This document shows positions 24,660-37,767 of a DNA stretch of 64,000 nt, one piece after another (within the stretch, counting starts at the first letter, position 1; each line of letters begins with the position of its first letter). The stretch lies in contig JBNZDD010013634.1 in assembly GCA_050575255.1 (NCBI GenBank), forward strand, positions 308,224 to 372,223, read 5' to 3'. The notes under the pieces are model-generated. The model worked only from the letters and a program-made list of their open reading frames with translations, did no database searches and was not told the DNA's origin. The position numbers were made by a program, and so were the translations under genes. The stretch comes from Harriotta raleighana. Lineage: Eukaryota.

Positions 24660-24880
24660 TGGAGCCTCGTAGCATAATGGTTAGATCACTCGCCTCGCCA
24701 GCAAGAGGTTCGGGTTCGAATAACCAGCAGGACGAAACCTTCAGCAAGTTTCCTTACTCCACGTTTCTATATTTAACTAGCAAAAAGTAGGAACAGTCAG
24801 TCGACTGGTGGATCGCTTTTGTAAGGGTTGATTTAAATATGTGACCCTGCGGTGAGGTAAGGATTGACAAAAATTATGTT
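24660..24880 (+). mobile_element. SINE with the same tRNA-like head but an unrelated 3' part
   Basis: GGAGCCTCGTAGCATAATGGTTAG...GGTTCGAAT...CAAGTTTCCTTACTCCAC, after which it diverges from the other copies; 3' boundary uncertain. Confidence 0.6.
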
Positions 24881-27800
24881 CAATTAATATGCATGTTTAT
24901 TAATTCAGATTAGTAATAGTTATAAATAATTAAAAGTATACATTACATCACAACAATGCTTACATTTTGATGCATATTTCACAAATGATTTAATTTGACC
25001 AAGCCAAATGCTGCAGGTGAGATAGCAAGGTCCAATTTAATTTCCATATTAATATAAATATAAGTTCATCAAAAGGTATCCAAGTATTATTGTACAGTTT
25101 CCAGTTCCATATCCAAAAGTATCCAGGTATTATTGTGCCTTTCCCAATTCGATATCCAAGCACCATTGTACATCTACAGTTGCTCCACTCATAGTCTTGA
25201 TCTTCCCTTTCTTCTGAAGTTGGAACATGGATTTGTGACTCCCAAGTTCCAATTTCTTCCTTTCTCTGTCTTCTTTCTTGAATTGATCTTTCTTTATCCA
25301 GTTCATTAGGTGAACTCTCACCCATTGTCCTTTGCGAGATGGATCCTCTGCAAAAATAAATGCAACAGAGCTCATTCTCCAGCTGCAGACCACTTCTCCA
25401 TGAGAGAATTACTGATAAGGACTGCAAACAATTTGTTGTTTATAAACAGTCTTTTGTTTCTTCTGCAAAGTTAGTCACAACCAAGACCTATCCTGTGCAA
25501 TTGATTGCGTATGTCTCAAATATACGTATATCACTAATATAATTTGAGATATTATTTAACACATTAATTACAGAATCCTACACTTGCCAGGGGTAATAAT
25601 CCCTCCCAAAAATATAATCATAATAATTACTGGTCACTAAATCCATGATTGTTTGTGGGACACTGTTGTGCGCAATTGGCTGCTGTGTTTCGCCAACAAA
25701 GATATAGTCAATTCACTTTACAGAATATTCTGTGAAGCTCTTTGAGACATTTCAATGACTTGATAAGGTGTATATCAAATGCAAAGGTTATTCTAGATTG
25801 GGATGTGTTGTGTGTTTTGGAATCATTGATATAAAACACTTGGTGCAGTGCATAAAAGAAGATAATCAACAGTGAGTAATTTCCTTCCAATGAATCCTGT
25901 GAGAATACAATACTTTAGGTAGACTGAAATCTGGAAGATGCTGGTTAAGAAGGCACATGGCTTTGGAGAACTTTCTTGATGCTGTACAATGTTTTGAATG
26001 ATTCTGAACCTTCTGCGCTCTGAACTCATTTTTTACAGTGTTCAAAATAAAATATTGCTGCTTGGGATTTTATGGGACAGAGATCTGGTCCTCGTTTGAC
26101 TAAATTACCCTTGGGAGCAGCTCTTAGCCACTGCTGACAAGCAAGAAAGATATACTGTTCCACATACACGACATTCCAGTGGCAGGAATGCATTGAGAGT
26201 TGGTGTTTTGTACATCTGTCAAATAAGTGTGCGCGGAACAAAGTCTACAGTGTTCTTTCAGTACACAGAGAATAGTGGGTGGGTGACTGATTATAGGAAA
26301 ATCTCATCAAGGGGCTTAGGTGGAGTCATACATCACAACAGCATAAAGTCAGGAGTGGTTCGTTATCAATCTGAACTCTCAGGCAAAATTACCTTGATTA
26401 TAATAAACCCCGCTGATCTGCTTGTTGTCTAATGTGTAAAGCTGTAACATTAACATTATTTTTGAGCAGATAAACCCAAGGCGGCCTGTGGTAAGAATGT
26501 TTGTTCATCAAAAGTGTGTGCCATTGTGATGCCAATGTGATAACGGTCTCGGAACGATTGCATCCCATGGTGAAAGCAATCCGGAGTCTGGGAACTTGAT
26601 ATGCTAAGCAATGCTTTATTCCCCCCCCCCACACACACACACACACATACACAAGTGTGTGGACTACTGCATCGCTCTAAACATTTTTACCGTGTGGGAA
26701 AAAAATCTTTTTCAAATGACGCACAAGAAGAAATGTAATAACGTGCGGGATTTTACACACTTGTCTGCGTTTGGCTCAAGATTGCGGGTTCAAACCCCAC
26801 GTCAAGTGTTGGATGGGCAGTGCAGGCTGACTCTCCAGGGCAGTGCTGGAATGTTAGAGGTGAATGAGGTCCTTTTCAATCAGACCGAGGTTCAGGTGGA
26901 TGTTAACGATCCTGTAAATATAATTTGAAAGAGGAAGGGAGGTTTGCCTGGTAGATGTGGTCAACAATCCTCCAGGTTAGTCACCTCCAGGTTGCTTGTG
27001 AGAGTTTTTGCTCGAGCAAAATAGTTGCAGGGTTTGTGTAAATAAAAAACATTGCTACACTTGACAGTAATCAATGAAAAGGCTTTAATATGTTTCATTA
27101 TGATGAAGTACAGTATTAGAAAACAAGCTTTCTCCTGCTTGTTTCTGGCCAGTGGCATTAAGAAACCCAAGTGGATTTAATGCCTGAACACATTGCACTT
27201 TTAAAAGCTAAACGATCTTTGTTTAACATTCACCTCTACTCCAAACTGAAAGGAATCTATTGTGAGTTAGAAAGAGTAGCAATGACTCTTTAGAAATGAG
27301 AGGTGGCAGCAGTGGCTCTATTTATAAATCGTACATCTGACACAGTTGTAGAGACTTCAGGATGTGTGAGTGAGAGATATTCTATCTGCCTAACACTTGC
27401 TTCCAGCCGTATCCTGATTACCCAACTGACAGACCAGACGAGCTCTCCAGCAACAGTAAAATCTCAGTGTTAGTAATGATGGTGGACACTTCTTCCATTT
27501 CTAATGTGGTTATTATCCACAGCATCCCTCCACTCTCACTATTTTCACCCATTTTCCCTGCAAACTAGGGCAATGCTACCCTGGCTTTCAAACACAAGCT
27601 TAACATGAATACGTAATTGTCTAGACTTAGCAGAACATTAGGAATCAGTATCCCTACGAGTTGTTGGATCTGATGTAGTGCCGAACAGATCAGTGGATGT
27701 GCATCGTACTTCCTATCCAAATACTGTAATTTGTAAGATGTTTCTCAAAGTGGCTATTCATTTCCCTCAAGCAAAGTTTCTCTTATTCAGAGATTCTCAA

Positions 27801-30800
27801 ATTCCCTCTAGTTTTTGAGCTTGAAAGAGATGGTTGGCATGCCAGGCTCCATGACCTCCAATAGAGCGGCTTCAATGTGCTTTTAGGAAGCAGGTAATGG
27901 AGCAACAGCTTCATTGAAAAGTGGTTAGCGTAAGCAAGAGGGATTTGGTGAAACTTTAGGCAAGTTTCCTTGCTTCATGTGCCTTGTTTACCTTGCAGTA
28001 AGCAGGAACCCAGATGTAAGTTGATTGGTGGACACTTTCCTGGGGTAATAATCCCTTAAAAAAAAACACTGTGACAATAATTTGGTCAACAAATCTACGA
28101 CTGTGTGCTCAATTTGCTGTCGTGTTTCGCCCACAAAATACAGTCGATCCACTTTATAATATCTGTGAAGCATTTTGAGACATCTCAATAACGACAAGGC
28201 GCTTTGTGAAATGCAAAGTTGATTATTAAATCCTGTGAAGTGTTCATCTCCAATCTGCTGCTTTACTTTGTTTTATCCTTCCTGTTTAAGGCATAATAAT
28301 TCCTGCTCGGGGTTTAACTCCACCTGCAGTAACTTCAGGCTTAATTCAGAGTTTCCCCCTTCCTGTTCTAAGTTGCTCTTCAATTCACTCAAATTCTGGA
28401 AAACACTCAAAATTAAATTGCTTAGATTCTGAAGAAATAAGCTCTTATGAACACTCGTTTAATTGTCTAGGTCACAGTTCCCCCCCCACTCCCGCCTGCA
28501 TGTCTTGTTTTCTTTTCTAAATCAGATTTAATTTGAAAAGATATTTAGCAGTAAAAGAGATCCCAATAACTTTTGGAGCAAGTCCCAGAGAATAATCCTT
28601 GCATTTGATATAGCACCCTATCATGTAGTCAAGCCATCTCAAAGTGCTTCAGAATAGACAGCAAAGTGAATTGACTGTATTATTTGTGGGTGAAACGGCA
28701 GCCAATTGCGACCAGCAGATGGAAAGTAACAGATGAGAAAAGGCTATTAAAATGATACACTGGGTGGAAAAACAATTACAGTATAGGGATCAGAGTTTGA
28801 CAGAAGTGTTGAATGAAACCTTTATGCCCGTCTCCATGAGTGCAGATTGTCGACATTTCCAGATCTGGGTTGACTAGCTGAAGAATGTGTCAGGAAAGCA
28901 TGAATTATGAAGAAATTGAATGAGTTAAGTGTCTGCAGATTACCTGGATCAGTTGAAACAAGAACCATGTGAGATCACAATTGAAATATTTTGAGCTGCT
29001 CTGAATACGGTAGTTTTACCTTTTAACTAATCACAGACAAGGCTCATAGAATGGAATAGTCTGCCAAGAATTATGGTTGATACTCTTGCATCCGTATACC
29101 TCATGTGCATATTGAGAATGACTAGGCTTATTTGATTGCTCCTCCAACAGAATTGAAGTTGAGAATGTGCCCTTCATAAACTACCCTCACTCGCTGGGTT
29201 GTTAAATAACATTGTTCTGGAGGAATGATTTGCATTGCTCGGGCAGGCCAGGAGAAAGGATACGATCTTTGAGAGGCAGAAATTGGACAGCTTTCCAATT
29301 GAAATACTGTACCACTTCAAATTCTCAGCTGTGCTACATTTAGATATCCCTCATTGTGTGCAAGTCGCACACAGGTTCATGAGTAGCTCAACATTCCAAG
29401 TTGTCCAGAGACCTATTTTAAGTGCTCGTCAAGTTGAAATGTGGCTGGGGAAAAGGAGAGGGAGTACAACTATGCATTACTGGCTGCAGTATCATTCCGA
29501 CACATTGGTGGATTGTACTGCTCGAAAGGTCAAGAACTTTCATTGCATTATATAGGCAAAAAGGCAATTGATGTTCTTAGAACCTCGGTACAAAGAAAAA
29601 GACAAAAGTGCACATTATACATCACAGAGCCCGCAATTCTGTTTGAAACATTGTATTGATCAACTTGAACCAACAGAAGTGTAGTTGCTATTAAAACTTC
29701 TTAAGATACTACTTCCAGTTCAAAGCCTCGGAATTCTAAAGAGCATTTTTAGTTTGGGGATCCTGTGGTGTATTAGTGCTGGAAAGTGCACGACTGTATT
29801 AAAGCCAGAGCCTATAGATGCACAAGTGCATTTTAAATGGAACTGTAGCTGAGCACCAGAACAGTCTGTGTTCTGCCTGTATATTGTGTTGTCTGACAAC
29901 GATGCCAATAATGAAAATTCTAGGAGGGGAAAGGGGAAGAGGGATACATGCTGCTGAAGATGAAGGATGAGAAAAGTGCTGCGAGTTTTTTTTTATCGTG
30001 TTGCAATACGTCACCCCACATCTTCAGAAACTCTGAACTCATACAGTCTAAGATGACGCTCCAGTGCAGACCTAGAGGTGGGGGGAATGAGATTGTAATG
30101 TCAGATGTGCCATCCTTCTGAGAACCAAGATTCCTGTCCGCTCATTGAAGTGCTTTGATAAGTCTTGATGACATTATAAGGCGTTATATCAATGCAAGGA
30201 TTTTTATGTAATTAAATTTCTACATAAAACCAAGGAAAACAAACGCATATCCATTTAAGTTAAGAATTTAATTTAAATTTGCCTTTAAAACCAAAAGGAC
30301 ATTGAGAATGATCTGGAAGTGTTCCTGTCTTTTTTTTCTCCACACACTGTATATATCTGTTCCTATCTTGCTAAATTTTGATCTGGCAACATGGCAGCAA
30401 TGCTCGCAGCCAGTTGTGTACATAATTGTAAAACTATAATTATACCACAGAAACATTTGGGAGAAATACAAGTTGCAAATGCCGTGGCAGTGGAAAAAAG
30501 CACTTCACCATGACACATATCAGCTACTGTCTAGTTTGTAGGCATTAGACTCTAAACTGAGAGCTATAAGTTTAATTGCATACTCCTACCTGTTTCCTTG
30601 CACGTTTATATTTCTTTGCTGATATTATCTAATTTCCTTTTAAAAGCAAATACTGTATTGTCAAATCTATCCTGATCTGGGAACAATCCACAATGTTCAT
30701 CTCATACTGTACAATACCTTAGTGGGTTTAAGATAAACCTTTCAGACTGCTTCACAACTAACATGATGTTGCTACGTATTTATATGACTGAACTGCAATT

Positions 30801-32043
30801 TTATTCAACAATTTAAACTTTTCTTCTGTAGTCGGCGTATACACAACGGCATGTTATTTTTGGGTGAAGTAGCAAAATTCAGCTGAAGTAATACCAATAA
30901 TTTGCTTGTCATTTGGCCCCTCTGCAAGCTGATTCCATCACCACTCAATTGCGTGTAAGCCTGCTCACGTGGCTTTGACTTGATCTTTAATCTGTTAAGT
31001 AAAAAGTAGATAAATGTTCCCAGACAAACCTAATAATTGAGGACTAGTTTGTGAAGTCATTCTTTTCCTTATACCAACAATCTAGAAGCACACTGGATAC
31101 TGTAACACAAGGATGATTTTTTTTATATATATATATAAATACACATCCTGTATTGGATTTCTCTTGAAAGGGGGGGGAAAAAAAACACAAAAAAAGTTTG
31201 TTATAAGTTTATGAAGCACAACATAGTATAACTCAGACAAGTCGCATATGTTCCAAGTATGGTACATAATCTGTCAAACACAACTGTACATATTTTCAAA
31301 ACCGACTCAATGAATGGCTTAATGGCTACAAGTGATCAGAGCTTGCAAGTTTGCAGGATGTGGGGCTTTTTCCCAGACACATCACTCCATAGGGACCGAG
31401 TCAATCTGGTCGACTTGCAAGTTAAAAAAAATTATACCCCAATGTTTTTAGTAACTAAAAGCAGCCTTGATGTTTAAGGAGGTATTGTTATGATACCGAC
31501 TTCCATGCCACAAATTCATGGCTACAACGAGCCAGTTTGGAGGATCAAGGATGGTGCCACAAATGGGAGCCTGTTGCAATTTTCCAATTGTGGGGCAGTC
31601 ATAAGCAAACTATTTTGTTTTAAGAGAATATATTTCAAGCTGTTCTTATTGAAGGTAGCAGTGGGTGGTGGGAAGGGGGGGTGGGTAGCGCTACATACAA
31701 GTCCCAGTATGATCTTTGTATGTAGGAATTTCTGCCTTGCAAAACCCTTAACAAATAAAACCCAAACCAATGTCTTGCTCCACGGGATCGTTACCAAACA
31801 CAGTTTCAACTTGCAAGATGGCATTCAGGTATCAGCCTGGAATCTCCTCACGTCAGTGAGCAGCTCCCAGGTGAAGCAGCACCAGAAGAGGGGGGAAAAC
31901 ATATACTGTAGAATTACACTGATTCAATTCTATTGTAGCTCCAGTTTATTAGGAACCATTTCACCTACTTGTAGGAAGTGAGAAAACCCTGCCTTACTAC
32001 CAGATAAAGAAATATTTTTAACACAAATAATTTTTCTTCATGT

Positions 32044-32049
32044 TTTATT
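32044..32049 (-). terminator. Candidate C11orf58 polyadenylation signal AATAAA
   Basis: TTTATT on + at 32044-32049; further candidates at 32460-32465 and 30800-30805. Usage cannot be determined from sequence. Confidence 0.4.
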
Positions 32050-32585
32050 TATATACAGTATGTATGAACAGCTAAAAATTCTCAAAAAAGTGGAGTTTCA
32101 ACTAGCCTTTATAGTTTAAATTGAATCCACTTCCCGCATGGGAAGTTGAGCACTTTCCAGAAAAACAAGTTTGCACAAATGATATGTATTTATAAATTAC
32201 TTTCCGACAATGGCGAGGGTTAACTAATTTCTACTTTAGACACTCAAAACGCTTAATTAAAAACTATAAACAGGAAATATTTCGGTACACTCTAGATTGT
32301 GGAAGATCAAATCCAAAAAATAAAAATCAGAAAAACACATTCTCGGGAGTCAAAACTTCTACCACTCACATTTCACCTAAACATTAAAAAAAAAGTAATG
32401 GAAGGAGAAAGGGATACAATACGAAATATGAAATGAAAATTCAGTCATGTAGCACTGATTTTATTTTTTGAAAACAGTAAAAGACCTGGACTAAACCCAA
32501 TGTTGATCCCCTCTCCCACTCCTTTATAATAAAATGTGCAATCTGGAACAAATGACAGAATACGGGATGTGCCCAAGCAATTGGG

Positions 32586-32795
32586 TTAGTTTGTAGATGA
32601 CTTTACAAACATCATTTTGTACGAGCTTTTCAGGCCGTGATTTTTGGCGTCAGGCTCGTGTGGTTCATCACTGGATTCTGCACACTCGGGAAAATGCTCC
32701 AACGCATCATCCGTTTGGTCTTTAGAGTCACTCAAGCTGCTGTCAGCTGTTGACTCCTCTGAAGTGCTGACCGGTTCCACTTCTGGCGGCTTTGG
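32586..32795 (-). CDS. C11orf58: C11orf58 exon 5, acidic tail ending KSSYKMMFVKSSTN*
   Basis: ttttgcAG acceptor; 210 nt to TAA; YKMMFVKSS C-terminus as in human; the spliced product totals 180 aa. Confidence 0.95.
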   Translation of the reverse strand, partial: PKPPEVEPVSTSEESTADSSLSDSKDQTDDALEHFPECAESSDEPHEPDAKNHGLKSSYKMMFVKSSTN

Positions 32796-33768
32796 CTGCA
32801 AAACAGGTTAAACTAATGATTTTTATTCAATTTCCGGTAAATCTTTCAGGCATCATCCTGGCTCAGTTTGTTGGAATCTCATCTTTGGGCCGGAAGGTTC
32901 TCGGGTTCAAACCCCATGTTGAGACTGACAGTCAAATGCAGTGTGGGGAGCATTATAGAGAAGAGATGCCTTCAAAGAACACTAGTGTAATCCAAGGTCC
33001 CATCTATCCATTCTTCAAGGGATTTAAAAGATCTCAAGGTAGTATTTAAAACGAGAAAGATATTTTTGACAGTGTCATAGCCGACAAAAGGTGAATCATT
33101 TTAAATATTATATATTGAAAGGTATATCATATATTACTGGGTTTGGTGAGTAAGCAGGGGAATGGGACAAGACTAAAAGGCTCACATGGAGATAAATATC
33201 AGCATAGCCATGATGGGTTGACTGATCCATTCCTATGCTGTAACATGTTTTGTTATGGATTCAATATTTATTTACCTTCATTCACATTTCACCTGTGATG
33301 GATGCAATCCTGGTTTTGCTCCATCTGACAGCCATCTGACATTATAAAATCTATTCCTGAGCAAACCAGGGCATGAGCTTTTGCTGCAAGTTAAAGGGGT
33401 AGTAAAGTCTATGTTTAACTTTTTCTAGTCAATACTCTCCCGATTACAAAAGAGAAATATCTGGAGTTATGGATTCACAGGAATGGTCTTGATTCACTCC
33501 ACTGTTCTGGTGTTGCCTGTTACAGGGAGCGGTCAGGTGCATTCTGCAGTGAGCTCTTTCAAAGGGGTTGGAGCAGTCTCAGAACCTCCAAACCTCAGGT
33601 AAACAAGTACTGTACTGGTGAGTCGAGTGAAATTTGTGAGGCAGAGTGTAATTTGAGAGAGAGATGGTGAGCAATGGGATTTGAAGAGGAATCAGTTAAG
33701 CTAACCAAGCTTGTGAAAGGTTACTGTACAGAATTGGCTGAGTCAAGGTTCCCGAGCATGCTTAGTTA

Positions 33769-33993
<225 letters not shown>

Positions 33994-34462
33994 TTAAAAG
34001 GCAGGATTATGATGACAGTAAACCAGCAAAGGCAAAAGTCATGACGCAGATTGTCCCATTTCCCAGATCTGAAAGTAAGACGGTAATTCTTGTATATTGT
34101 CATTAACACCCAGATACTTATACAATTTCTTCTCAAAAGTCATTCTTGTGATTATGAACAGAATTGACAATTTATAGGCCCTGATCAATTCAGTTATGGC
34201 TCATCTCCCAAAGTTAAACCTGCCATTCCTCTTTGCAGGATCTCTCCCCAAATTGATCCATTTAAAAAGAAACGCAAGTGGAAAACTTGAGGTAGTTTTA
34301 AAGTGTTCTTTGTGTTAATAAGAAATGTTTAACCAATATCATTCCTCTCCAGATAAGTGTTACAGACAGAAAGGGAGGGGAGCAGAGGAGGGGGGATTAT
34401 AGCCAGGGTAGTCCTCCCGACGTGAAAGGCGCTCTATAAATGTAATTTTGTTGTTGTAGTGG

Positions 34463-34783
34463 GTGGAGCTGTCCTGTAGCTCAGTGGTTAGAACACTCGC
34501 CTTACAAGTGAGAAACCTGGGGTCAATTCCCGGCAGCTCAGGGTAAAATCCTGGGCAAGTTTCCTTACTCCACACGCTTGATAATAATCCCTCAAGAAAA
34601 TAAATTGGTCACTTCAATCCACGACTGTTTGTGGGACACTGCCCTGCTGTGCAACAACAATTGGCTGCCGCGTTTCACCCACAAATACAGTCAATTCACT
34701 TTACAGTATATTCTGTGAAGCACTTTGAAACATCTAGAAGATGTGAAAGCGCTTTTATCAAATGCAGGTATTATTATTATTAT
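34463..34783 (+). mobile_element. tRNA-derived SINE, full length
   Basis: Same head, body and tail as the copies at 10163 and 46178. Confidence 0.9.
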
Positions 34784-34927
34784 CATGCAAACTCTCCCTA
34801 GCCTGGAAACAAATGATCCCAAGACCTAGGCCTGATGATCGCTAAAACATGATTTAAAAGGGTGAGATCATGGATATTTCCCACTTTGGGTTACCAAGCC
34901 CAGTGAAATGCCTATTTTGGTTCTCAC

Positions 34928-34991
34928 CTGTCCTGAAGTGACTTGTGGTTGACTTGTGATCACCTGTGTGGAGCCGGCCAGTCTGATCCTT
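34928..34991 (-). CDS. C11orf58: C11orf58 exon 3 (KDQTGRLHTGDHKSTTSHFRTG)
   Basis: CAGCAG tandem acceptor (start 34991 or 34994), GTGAGA donor; human [21 protein letters not shown]. Confidence 0.93.
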
Positions 34992-35520
34992 CTGCTGAAA
35001 AACATAGCACATTGCACAGTCAGATAAGTAGGAGCAAAGGAAAGTTTTAATAGTTAATGCTTTCAGGGTTGCCAAGGCTAGATCCCCAAAACACTCTGAT
35101 TACATTAATGTTTGGTTTCCACACCAGCTACCCTTGTGATTTCAGCTTTCAGCCACTATGTCCCGAAACTCTGGAACATTCTTTCTCCATCCCTCTGCCT
35201 TACCCCTTCCTTCCCCATTTTGAGGTTGGACCAGAAAACCTTCCAATTTGACTGTGTCTACCCCCCGCCTCCCTCTGGCTCAGAGTTATGCTCCAGCACT
35301 ATCAAGCTCTCTGGGATGCTACCTTGCACAAAGGGCACTATCCAAATACAAGTTGTTGATTGTTGAGATTGTTAGCTATTCTGTCTTATGAACTAATTGA
35401 ATTTGCAAACGGTTTGTTGTAAAACTTGAAGGCACACAACTTAAGGAAGGAGATCCATTTCTAACCTCTTAAAGACTGTCATGATTTTAGGCAGACTGTA
35501 GTTTAAGCTGTCCCCAATTT

Positions 35521-36930
35521 AACAACAACAAAATTACATTTGTATAGCTCCTTTCATGTCAGGTGGATGTCCTAAGACTCTACACAATCAGTGCTGGGGG
35601 ATCAGACAGAGTAGAGGGTGGTGGAGGGAGGAAAAATGAAGAGGAGAATCTTAAAATGGTTGAATCTTGAAGGAGGCGAGACAGACGGAGGGACTGTGGG
35701 ATGTAGTTCCAGAGGGTGGAGGCAGAGTGGCTGAAGGTGGAGTGTGTAAGGGAGAGGACGTGAAACAGGCCAGAGCGCGAGGAGGGTGTGGGCTGGTTGG
35801 TAGATTGTTAGGTTGCAGAAATAGGGGAGTGAAGCCATGAAGGGCTTTGAAGTGGAGGACCAGTATTTGAACTGTATCCTCTGTGCGATGGGAAGCCAGT
35901 AATCGGGCAAGGGTGGGGCTGATTGGTGTGGGAGAGGACACGAACTGCAGATTTCTGGATGATCTGCAGCCTATGAAGGGTGGCGATGGGGAGGTGGACA
36001 AGCAGGGAGTTTGCATAGTCAAGTCTGGATGTTATGAATATGTGTCTGAGGGTCTTGGCAGCCTTCGGTGTGAGACAGTGGTGGAACCAGACAATTTTGT
36101 GGAGGCAGACCAGGTTATGGATGTTGGGTAGAAAAATAATTGAGGTTCAAACAAGACCGCAAGGTTCCGGACCGTCTCAGTGAAGTGGAGTGTGTATCCT
36201 TAGCAGGTGATGCTATGAGCGCCTGAATTGTGGAGGCACTGATGGAAGCCGATTAGGAGGGTCTCGGTCTTGTTGACGTACAATTGTAGAAAGTTAGCTC
36301 TCATCCAGAAGCTTCTGTCACAATAGCAGTGATCCTGGAGTCGAGAGTGGCAGGGGATGGATATTTAGGCGTCATCTTTATACATGTGGAAGTTGACTCC
36401 AAGTCTTCGGATGATGTAACCAAGAGGAAACAAAAAGGTATTGAAGAAGGGACCAAGGCAGAGGATTGGCCTCCAAGATTGCCTTGAGAGTAGAAATCTG
36501 CCAATGGACCGTTAAATTAAGATTTAATTCCAAGGCAGAGGGGTGGGGGGTGTAGGTGTCAAGGGAGATGAAATAATGACTTTGCAGTGAAAGTGAAGTC
36601 CGAGACAGTGAGGGCCCAGGTGATCACCAGGTTGATGGGGTGACCACAGACATGGGTGGCAGAGTGGATGTCGATCAAGAGGGGAAGGAAGAGAAGTCAG
36701 AGGTAAAGTGGGAGGGTATGAAGTGAAGGTTGAAATTACCAGTAACATGCAACTCAGTTGAAGGATGAAGAGGCGTTCGGAGGAGGGAAGATAGGAGGGT
36801 GGAGATATCGGGGAGGAATGTGGGGGAGGGCTTGAGACAAGGAGAATTTTGAGGGAAAGGTTGGAGGGGTGATAACGGGTACGGTGCTCAAAGGAGAGGA
36901 TGGTTCCGGAGAAGTAAGGGGATAGGAGGT
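35521..36930 (-). mobile_element. Decayed L2 (LINE2) retrotransposon 3' fragment with internal deletions
   Basis: Minus-strand frames give WLPIAQRIQFK / ILVLHFKALHG (L2 ORF2 C-terminus) and a degenerate RT segment near 36350-36470; (TTG)n tail at 35521. Confidence 0.8.
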
Positions 36931-36931
36931 G

Positions 36932-37257
36932 TAATAATAACAATAATCCTTGCAATTTGATATAGCACTTTTCACATCTTGTAGACGTCCCAAAGCGCTT
37001 CACAGAATGTACTGTAAAGTGAATTGACTATATATTTATGGGCGGAACATGGCAGCCAATTGCACACAGCAGTGTCCCACAAACAGTCATGGATTGAAAT
37101 GACCAATTTTATTATTGTGGTTTTTTTGGAGGGATTATTATTAGAGGTGTGGAGTAAGGAAACTTGCCCAAGGTTTCGCCCTGATCTGCCTGGATTCGAA
37201 CACAGGTCTCACGCTTATAAGGCGAGTGCTCTAACGACCGAGCCACAGGAACTCCAC
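36932..37257 (-). mobile_element. tRNA-derived SINE, full length, abutting an L2 fragment
   Basis: Reverse complement of the family consensus (GTGGAGTTCCTGTGGCTCGGTCG...GTTCGAATCC...). Confidence 0.9.
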
Positions 37258-37521
37258 GTGTAGCCTCTGTCAGGGAGAAGGTTTTGTTATCCCACAAATC
37301 TAGTCAATTCACTTTATAGAATATTCTGTGAAGTGCTTTGAGATATCTAGAAGACATGAAAAGCGCTGTATCAAATGCAAGGATTATTATTATTAAGGTG
37401 TCACTTGGTGTGACCTAGGTTTCGATAGAGGCGATGATATTGATGATTTCGTCGATAATGAGGTCTTGCTCTTGTTTTATTGGAGAGTGAGCAGTTTAGG
37501 ACAGTTTAGAAAGCAACTTCA

Positions 37522-37767
<246 letters not shown>

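Noticed and set aside
26105-26216. Minus-strand short frame with CxxC (MYKTPTLNAFLPLECRVCGTVY...)
   Set aside because: Only 36 codons, no second zinc-ligand pair and no linked exons; compatible with chance.
31490-31981. 163-aa ORF (+)
   Set aside because: It lies antisense to the probable C11orf58 3' UTR/downstream region; no recognisable domain or exon structure.
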